Positions 63,623 through 64,000 of a stretch of 64,000 nt of DNA are shown piece after piece; the stretch's first letter is position 1; every line of letters starts with the position of its first letter. Source of the stretch: Octopus sinensis (Eukaryota); the NCBI RefSeq assembly GCF_006345805.1, contig NC_043010.1:37882001-37946000 (forward strand), given 5' to 3'. A model generated the notes under the pieces. The model was not told the origin of the DNA, did not search any database, and saw nothing but the letters and a program-made list of their open reading frames with translations. The position numbers were made by a program, and so were the translations under genes.

Positions 63623-64000
63623 GTCATGCGGCTACTGTTTATATCTCACTCAGAGATTTATTATTGCTTTTGTTCTCACCCCCACCACCAATACCAGTAT
63701 ACCCTGTTCTCACCATCTACACCGGATACGCCCTACTCCCTCCTCCTCCCCCCTTCACTGTGAAAAGACAAGCTGCTAGCGACATAGCTCATCAACTGCC
63801 CACCGGTCTTTGCTTCCTCCTGACACTGCCTCAATCCGACCATCCCCTTTTAGTACCCTCCCGCCTCGTAATATCCTACGTTTTTTTATTTCTTACGAAC
63901 CTACACCAATCCTTCCTGTCATCGTTCCTCCTTACCCCAACCTTCCCCTCTGGTTGCTCCCCTATACTACCCGCCTCAACTGGACCCCCTCCCCAACTCA

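Noticed and set aside
1-64000. Most ORFs in the supplied track (YIYI, VCVC, HTHT, poly-T/H/V/D types)
   Set aside because: They are translations of di- and trinucleotide microsatellites or of SINE sequence; no splice or homology support.

Overview
Repeat-saturated, AT-rich eukaryotic genomic DNA. It is most likely an Octopus species, an inference from the (TA)n/(CA)n/(AAT)n/(GAT)n microsatellite load and tRNA-headed SINE families resembling known octopus SINEs. Almost every ORF in the supplied track is a microsatellite artefact. Mobile content: four recurring SINE-like families (labelled A-D here), a DD37D maT (Tc1/mariner) transposase relic split by a SINE, two different RTE LINE 3' fragments, a mariner-type MITE, TTAA-flanked MITEs and Helentron/Helitron-like non-autonomous elements. 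Other sequence: a 5'-defective tRNA-Glu(TTC) copy and tandem duplications of about 1.04 kb and 218 bp. Host-gene evidence is limited to one plausible minus-strand signal-peptide exon (6301-6429) and a weaker plus-strand exon pair (62324-63134). The most notable item is a fold-back element at 63236-63622: about 110-bp inverted repeats enclosing a minimal type-I hammerhead ribozyme motif on the minus strand, the hallmark of Penelope-like element pLTRs. Also notable are a 13-copy head-to-tail SINE array and extensive head/tail module swapping among the SINEs. Repeat boundaries are read by eye and approximate unless a TSD or motif fixes them; family names are not database-verified.
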